IMG/VR virus record: IMGVR_UViG_3300042691_040811
Direction: 5' to 3' (one strand)
DNA: 51,231 nucleotides
Source: a virus
Lineage: Duplodnaviria > Heunggongvirae > Uroviricota > Caudoviricetes
Shown here piece by piece: positions 46,006 through 51,231 of the stretch. The position numbers were made by a program, and so were the translations under genes. Under the pieces are notes generated by a model. It was not told the DNA's origin, searched no databases, and was given only the letters and a program-made list of their open reading frames with translations. How positions within the stretch are numbered: the first letter of the stretch is position 1; each line of letters opens with the position of its first letter.

Positions 46006-47292
46006 TTAAAGCTCTTCTACTTCAAAAATGTGGTATTTATCGCCGGAGTATTCGTCGGTATGGGTTCTATACGACCTGTAGCGGTAGTTGGTATTTGAGG
46101 GAGTCAATATTTCGTTTTCGGAAGGGATGTTGCTCAAGGGAGAAATAGGGGAGCCCCTCCTATTTGACGCTATATAGAAAACCCTATGCTGATAGTCACC
46201 GTTTGTGTCAGCATCGGCAAATTTCTTAGCTTGTTCTGGAGAGTTAGACCATGAGGTTAGGGAGGCGAACGAAAAACCTTTCCCTGCTTTTGTATCCGCA
46301 ATCATCTTGTTCAGGGTTTCTGTTGTTGCCAACTTCCCTCTATACTTTTCCACATCGGGTTTAGGCAACGCTGATAACAGTCTCTCAATAAAAATTGCCT
46401 TACCTCTAATTTGCTTACCCATTTTCCTCATGTATGCAGTCTCATCAAATGGATCCGGGAATTTTTTATCCTTCAACCCCTGAACCATTTTTATCTCAGT
46501 GTAGCCGCTCGACGTGAACTCCTTCAAGTTGATTAAAGCTCTTTCTAATTTTTTGATGGAACCGCCAAAGGCTGCCAATGCTCTTTCTCTTAGGGAACTT
46601 CCCTCCTCCTTAATTTTTCTAATACCTGAATGAGGCAGATCAGGTGAGGCACTAAACTTCTTTCCTACAAATGGGGACTCCAAATCCTCTTTCATCCTCC
46701 ACCAAAGATCCATCGGAACCGCCTTACTCTCCCCTAACTTAGAGCCCAACTTATCATGCAATCTTGCAAGTTTTTCTTCCAATTTCTCATATTTTTTAAT
46801 GTTGTCTTCCCTAACAGCCTTCAACATGTCTTCTTTAATTAGGGCGGTGGCCTTCCCATACGCCTCTTTAACTTGTTGCAATCTTTCCCAAGTCACAGGT
46901 ACCTTTAAAGGCCCTACTTGCTTACCCTCCTCCGTCTTACTTAGTTTTTCATTTAGAGTAATAATCTCATTGCGCATCTTGTCGTAGTATTGTTTATCTT
47001 CGTTGCGGATCGCATTGAGCAGCTTTTTCTTCGTTTTTTCGTCCACATCCTGGACGTATTCCCTAACGAAAGCCAACTTATCATCGTCCCCACCACCTAT
47101 AACCATATCTGCAACCTTAGACAAAGATTGCCCAGCCGAGACAGGAATCTCAACCAGGCACATGTCGGTTTTGGTTATACAAGCTGCTGAGCAGGACTTT
47201 CCAATGTTGCACTTGGGTCTAGCTCCGCCTACGGCCTTAGCTTGGGCCGCCCTTATCTCCCCTTGCGTAGGTTCGTCATACTGCATTAACAT
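46006..47292 (-). CDS. ADP-ribosyltransferase (R-S-E class, VIP2/Alt-like) with N-terminal Cys4 module
   Basis: FTSSGYTEIK, KYRG, SLTSWS, SENEIL; N-terminal CNIGKSCSAACITKTDMC. Confidence 0.8.
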   Translation of the reverse strand: MLMQYDEPTQGEIRAAQAKAVGGARPKCNIGKSCSAACITKTDMCLVEIPVSAGQSLSKVADMVIGGGDDDKLAFVREYVQDVDEKTKKKLLNAIRNEDKQYYDKMRNEIITLNEKLSKTEEGKQVGPLKVPVTWERLQQVKEAYGKATALIKEDMLKAVREDNIKKYEKLEEKLARLHDKLGSKLGESKAVPMDLWWRMKEDLESPFVGKKFSASPDLPHSGIRKIKEEGSSLRERALAAFGGSIKKLERALINLKEFTSSGYTEIKMVQGLKDKKFPDPFDETAYMRKMGKQIRGKAIFIERLLSALPKPDVEKYRGKLATTETLNKMIADTKAGKGFSFASLTSWSNSPEQAKKFADADTNGDYQHRVFYIASNRRGSPISPLSNIPSENEILTPSNTNYRYRSYRTHTDEYSGDKYHIFEVEEL

Positions 47293-47474
47293 TTCGCTCA
47301 GTGGGCAATTTCCCTACTTTTACCCCTTTGCCTAACTGTTAATTTTTCTACAGTTTAACTACAGTGAAACCCTCAATCTTAGCAGCCTCCTCTACAAGGT
47401 CAAAATCTTGGGGTGATGTGAGGACGGTGCCGCCTGAAGGTGTAGTTAGTCCAAGCAAATACTTAATTATGTTA

Positions 47475-47951
47475 CTAAGATGGAAGGCCTTTGGCTCGGC
47501 GCTGACGTTTATAGGAGTTTATCTTATCACGATTTCTCTTTCTATAATCACGTTTTCTCTGTAAGACAGCTTCTCTATTCCTTTCAGCATATCTCTTTTG
47601 AGCCTCATTCATGTAACATTGGCGGCATTTCCCTTTTGCATAGTGTGGTCGATCTGGATGACAATCCGCTGCCCCCCTCTTTATGTGGGCATCTTTCAAT
47701 TCTCCTGATTCCCAATGATGTTTAGTATGATCACTTCTTGTCACTAATTCTAGATTTTCCAGCCTGTTATCCGTTTTATCGCCGTTTATGTGGTGAACAC
47801 ACTCCCCATCTACAAGACTCCTCCCAAGATGACGCTCCATTACTAATCTGTGCTCTCTAACGTAATTATTAGGTCCAACTCTTACCTGGACATAGCCACG
47901 GGTATCAATGTAACGACCTCCTTTCCAGTTTGGGTGATTTTCAGTTTGCAT
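47475..47951 (-). CDS. HNH homing endonuclease
   Basis: HPNWKGG, YVREHRLVME, VHHINGDKTDNRLENLEL; C-terminal C/H-rich and basic tail. Confidence 0.9.
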   Translation of the reverse strand: MQTENHPNWKGGRYIDTRGYVQVRVGPNNYVREHRLVMERHLGRSLVDGECVHHINGDKTDNRLENLELVTRSDHTKHHWESGELKDAHIKRGAADCHPDRPHYAKGKCRQCYMNEAQKRYAERNREAVLQRKRDYRKRNRDKINSYKRQRRAKGLPS

Positions 47952-48068
47952 AATAAGGTATTTAAGGAAATAACTATACTCTACAAGTATTATTTACTTG
48001 GCGTAGTTAGCAATTTGTTTAAAAAGTGATTAAGGGGGTAAGGACAACTATACTCAAACCCCAGAAAA

Positions 48069-48833
48069 ATGATAAAGTTAGAAGGTGTTGTAGTTTGTGT
48101 AAACTACTCTGATTTCTTAGCCCACACCTTACCAAGCATCTATACCCAATTCGACAAATTAGTTGTTGTTACGGATTTAAAGGATGTGGACACTAAGGAA
48201 TTGTGCTCCGCCTATGGCGTTGAATGTGTGCAAACTGATTGTTTTTACGGGAGTAAAGATCCGTTCAACAAGGGGAAGGGCATCAATGCAGGGTTAGAGA
48301 GATTAGACAAAGATGGTTGGGTCATACAACTCGACTCAGACATTTACTTTCCGCCTTGCACCCGCTCCATTCTTAATGTTAGGCACCTAGATCATGAGAA
48401 GATTTACGGGGTGGATCGGTTGATGTGCCCCAGCTACGACAGTTGGGTGAACTACTTAAGGAAGCCAAACCCTCTACACAGCAAAACAGTTTTCGTAAAC
48501 CTTAACGCCTTCCCCGTAGGCACCCGTCTATCTGAATTTCACAACCCCAAAGGGGGCTATGAGCCCATAGGTTTCTTTCAGCTTTGGCATCCTCAGGGTT
48601 CCGGGGTATTTGACTACCCTCAGTGCCATGGGGCTGCGGACAAAACTGATGTGTTGCACTGTAAGAGATGGACCAGGGATAAAAGAGAGTTGATGGCGGA
48701 TGTTGTAGTTATCCATCTTGCCAGTGGGAGGGGTTGGGGGTTGAACTGGAATGGTAGAAAGTCTCCCAAGTTTGGCCCCCTTTTACCACCACAGATTGAC
48801 CAGGCCCCTGACTTTTATCCCCATTCCTATTAG
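48069..48833 (+). CDS. GT-A fold glycosyltransferase (GT2-like)
   Basis: VVCVNYSDFL, FNKGKGINAG, IQLDSD (DxD), GFFQLW; the only + strand gene outside the structural block. Confidence 0.8.
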   Translation: MIKLEGVVVCVNYSDFLAHTLPSIYTQFDKLVVVTDLKDVDTKELCSAYGVECVQTDCFYGSKDPFNKGKGINAGLERLDKDGWVIQLDSDIYFPPCTRSILNVRHLDHEKIYGVDRLMCPSYDSWVNYLRKPNPLHSKTVFVNLNAFPVGTRLSEFHNPKGGYEPIGFFQLWHPQGSGVFDYPQCHGAADKTDVLHCKRWTRDKRELMADVVVIHLASGRGWGLNWNGRKSPKFGPLLPPQIDQAPDFYPHSY

Positions 48834-48840
48834 CTTTTAG

Positions 48841-49047
48841 TCATTTGCCAGTAATAACAACGTAAATAGCAAAGATTAAAACTGCCACCACAAAAATGGC
48901 GAGGGAAATCCAAATAGGGGACAACACCCAAATCCAAGGCCACGTGATGTAGCCCGTAAGCTTGAGTCCAATAAAAAGAAGGGTCAACCACCCTGAGAAG
49001 CCCATAGAGGCTGCGGAAGATGAAGATTGCATTTTGCTTCTTGTCAT
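48841..49047 (-). CDS. Small two-TM membrane protein
   Basis: LTLLFIGLKLTGYITWPWIWVLSPIW motif. Confidence 0.7.
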   Translation of the reverse strand: MTRSKMQSSSSAASMGFSGWLTLLFIGLKLTGYITWPWIWVLSPIWISLAIFVVAVLIFAIYVVITGK

Positions 49048-49091
49048 TTTGCTAATGGTTTTTTATTAAAAAGTTGGTTATCTATAGGGAA

Positions 49092-50198
49092 CTACTCTCC
49101 CTTCTTAAGCAACCACTTGTTACTGATGGCCTTGAATTTGAATCCCGTTTTAACAGATTTGAACACTAAGCCCTCCCGTTCAACCCTCTCATTTAACGAC
49201 GGTCCTTCCGCATATTGCAGCAAGGATTCCACATTGTTTATGTGGTCCGTAAGCACATAGTTTCTTTCCAATATAGGTACATGCTCTAGGCTTACACCCA
49301 ACTCCCTTAAAGACTCAAGTACGTTGTAGCGATCTTCCGGGGACAAGTAACATTTCTGGTCGATATCATAAATGTCGAACAAGTAGAGGCGCTGCCCCTT
49401 AATTCTTTCCTGATTCAGCTGAATCCCCTCACCGAGAAGCTCCATCTGCAGGGCGATGCTGCGCCCTGTGTCCCTATTATAGCCTGCAACCCCCTCAATA
49501 AGCCCCTGAGCACGGGCCGCCATCCAGTAACTATTTGTTTCAGTTTCCTGCAGGTCAAGATTCCTACTGCATACCCCAACGTCCCCCTCATTTACGTACA
49601 CCGTGCAGGAGGACCCGTCCAACTTCACCGTAACCTCATAGGCTTCACCCTTATGCTTTTCAAAAATGTCATAAACAAGGTTTTGACAACGCTCAGCATC
49701 TGTCTTAGGGCAAAACGACGGGAAATTCCCTTTTGCCATGCCTGCCAGGCAGGCTGGAACCGGGGCCTCCCACTTTTGTAACCCCGTCTTTTCCCTCAAA
49801 AACTCCGTAAAGTCTTGGCCTTTTTCCACCTGAGTGAACCGGGGAAACCACGGATCTTCGGGATCCATCTTCTCCCAAATTTCATGTATTTTGCTTACAC
49901 TAAGTAGTAAACCTTGTGATAACTGACCTCTCAAGCGAATACTTTTCAATCTTTCCCCCTTAACCCCGTTATACTCCCTAGGTTCCTTCCCTTTAGATAA
50001 GAATGGGGTCAGTTCGTGTGGAGACCATACGTCTAGTTCAAGGTAAAGAGCAAGATCTCCAACCTCAAACTCACCCTTACGGATTACCACAGTCCACCCA
50101 CCATCAACTACGGCACATTCGATGGCATCAGCCCCAGGAATAGGCCTCACCTCTGTAATTTCCTTAATACAAGCTAACTTTCTTTCGTTACTCTGCAC
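49092..50198 (-). CDS. RNA ligase (DRB0094/Rnl2-like, N-terminal OB-like domain)
   Basis: RKLA.I..I....PIPGADAIE, motif I KLDGSS, REGLVFKS, FKAISNKWL; GTG start. Confidence 0.92.
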   Translation of the reverse strand: MQSNERKLACIKEITEVRPIPGADAIECAVVDGGWTVVIRKGEFEVGDLALYLELDVWSPHELTPFLSKGKEPREYNGVKGERLKSIRLRGQLSQGLLLSVSKIHEIWEKMDPEDPWFPRFTQVEKGQDFTEFLREKTGLQKWEAPVPACLAGMAKGNFPSFCPKTDAERCQNLVYDIFEKHKGEAYEVTVKLDGSSCTVYVNEGDVGVCSRNLDLQETETNSYWMAARAQGLIEGVAGYNRDTGRSIALQMELLGEGIQLNQERIKGQRLYLFDIYDIDQKCYLSPEDRYNVLESLRELGVSLEHVPILERNYVLTDHINNVESLLQYAEGPSLNERVEREGLVFKSVKTGFKFKAISNKWLLKKGE

Positions 50199-50297
50199 AG
50201 TGCTTATAGGGCAAAACTACCGGAGGGAAACCCCCTCACCTATTGTAGATTTTGCCCCTCAGCTTAGAGCCTAAACTGTGAAACTTTTATTAAGCTT

Positions 50298-50603
50298 TCA
50301 CTTGAAGGAAAACCTCTCAGGGTATTCCTCCGGTTGCAGCTCCCTAACATAGCAACCTGTAAACCCTTCAACCTTCTCTAAAATACCAAGTTCCTTCTCC
50401 ATGAGGCGCATCGGAGTATTTACAAAGTAGTCACCCAACCCTTCTATACTTTCCAACTTCCAATCCCCTTCAGCTCTTTTAGCCAACACTCCAATGCAAA
50501 ACCTAACTTCATAAACCTTCAAATCACTTCTCAATTCCTTTTGCCTTTTAATCTCTTGTTCTAACTCTGTAAGCTCTTTGAAAGATAGCTTGCTAAGATC
50601 CAT
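50298..50603 (-). CDS. Hypothetical protein
   Basis: 101-aa ORF. Confidence 0.6.
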   Translation of the reverse strand: MDLSKLSFKELTELEQEIKRQKELRSDLKVYEVRFCIGVLAKRAEGDWKLESIEGLGDYFVNTPMRLMEKELGILEKVEGFTGCYVRELQPEEYPERFSFK

Positions 50604-50651
50604 TTTGCCTAAGTTTATCTAATAGTAAGGGTAGTAAAACGATTCGATCCC

Positions 50652-50840
50652 TTAGCCCTTAGCAACATCCTCATCGTAGTCGGTGCCAAAGATCATCGTA
50701 TAGAACAATTTTGTTTCTTCGTCCACCTTTGGGCTGTCCCCCTCAGCATAATCACCCTCAGGGTCACCCTTGTAAGGCGGCGAGATAAAGTCATCAACCA
50801 TTGCCCGCTGCTGAATTTCCTTCTTAGTTCTTTCTTTCAT
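50652..50840 (-). CDS. Small acidic protein
   Basis: 62 aa; follows the promoter at 50878-50907. Confidence 0.5.
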   Translation of the reverse strand: MKERTKKEIQQRAMVDDFISPPYKGDPEGDYAEGDSPKVDEETKLFYTMIFGTDYDEDVAKG

Positions 50841-50877
50841 TTTCCCTCTAGGAGTGTCATTTAGGGTTTACCCTAAT

Positions 50878-50907
50878 ATCTTAGCACGAGAGCTGCCCGT
50901 CTGTCAA
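50878..50907 (-). promoter_or_regulatory. Sigma70-type promoter
   Basis: TTGACA-18-TAAGAT with TGC extension; hairpin TTAGGG-TAAA-CCCTAA downstream. Confidence 0.55.
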
Positions 50908-50930
50908 CTTGCCCCAGCCATAAAACTTTG

Positions 50931-51231
50931 TTAAAACTCTTCAACATCAAATACATGGTATGTTACCCCACCTACCTGTATAGGTGAATAGCCTAAATGC
51001 TTGTATTTGGTTCTACCAGGAGTAAGCATCTCATATTCTTCGGCATTTTCCGTAACATACTCAATGGGGACCCCTCTCCTATTAACGGCCCTATAAATAA
51101 CTCTCTGATCTCTTTCTGGCAAGTCCTTAATGCGCTGATCTGCAAAATCTCTGCCTATCATCAAGGAACTTGACCACGAATACATTGTCTCATGATTGAA
51201 ACCTCTTTTTGCATTAGCGTCAGAAATCATC
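50931..51231 (-). CDS. C-terminus of a second ADP-ribosyltransferase, 5'-truncated by window edge
   Basis: YSWSSS...FA...VIY...NRRGVPI...EEYEMLTPG..KY...YHVFDVEEF aligns with the C-terminus of 46006..47292 (TSWSNS...FA...VFY...NRRGSPI...ENEILTPS...YHIFEVEEL). Confidence 0.8.
   Translation of the reverse strand, partial: MISDANAKRGFNHETMYSWSSSLMIGRDFADQRIKDLPERDQRVIYRAVNRRGVPIEYVTENAEEYEMLTPGRTKYKHLGYSPIQVGGVTYHVFDVEEF

Noticed and set aside
34801-48045. GGGGTAAA-like motif as a late promoter (near 34803, 44035, 47318, 48034)
   Set aside because: Too few intergenic instances, and several copies are explained by coding sequence; cannot be supported without TSS data.
47292-48060. Group I intron around the HNH gene
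   Set aside because: No recognisable intron core and no split gene in the flanks by eye; a covariance-model search would be needed to exclude it fully.

Overview
This is a 51-kb slice of a large lytic tailed phage, most likely a cyanomyovirus. That call rests on cyanomyovirus-style structural genes, many small hypotheticals of the kind found in cyanophages, a cyanobacterial-type IS200/IS605 element and sigma70-type early promoters. Bases 1-3616 are a + strand structural block: virion proteins and a collagen-like fibre. Nearly everything else is a densely tiled - strand accessory/early region. It holds glycosyltransferases, many paralogous small ORFs, an Acb2/Tad1-like protein, DUF932, a metallophosphoesterase, a macrodomain, a HicA-like protein, two DNA methyltransferases, an HNH nuclease, an RNA ligase and three tRNAs (CAT, TAT, TCT). 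The strongest non-routine signals are four. (1) A zeta-toxin-like kinase and an ADP-ribosyltransferase share an ungapped 37-aa Cys4 N-terminal module, suggesting a polymorphic effector family; a second ART is truncated at the window end. (2) One intact tnpB comes with three protein-less omegaRNA-bearing derivatives that have different 3' flanks, one of them inside the tRNA cluster. (3) A DNA methyltransferase is split by a +1 frameshift in a G7 tract. (4) A repeated promoter architecture has a conserved 5' hairpin, and a subclass lacks the -35 box and carries ~49-bp tandem repeats instead. All family assignments are motif recognition by eye; no database search was run.
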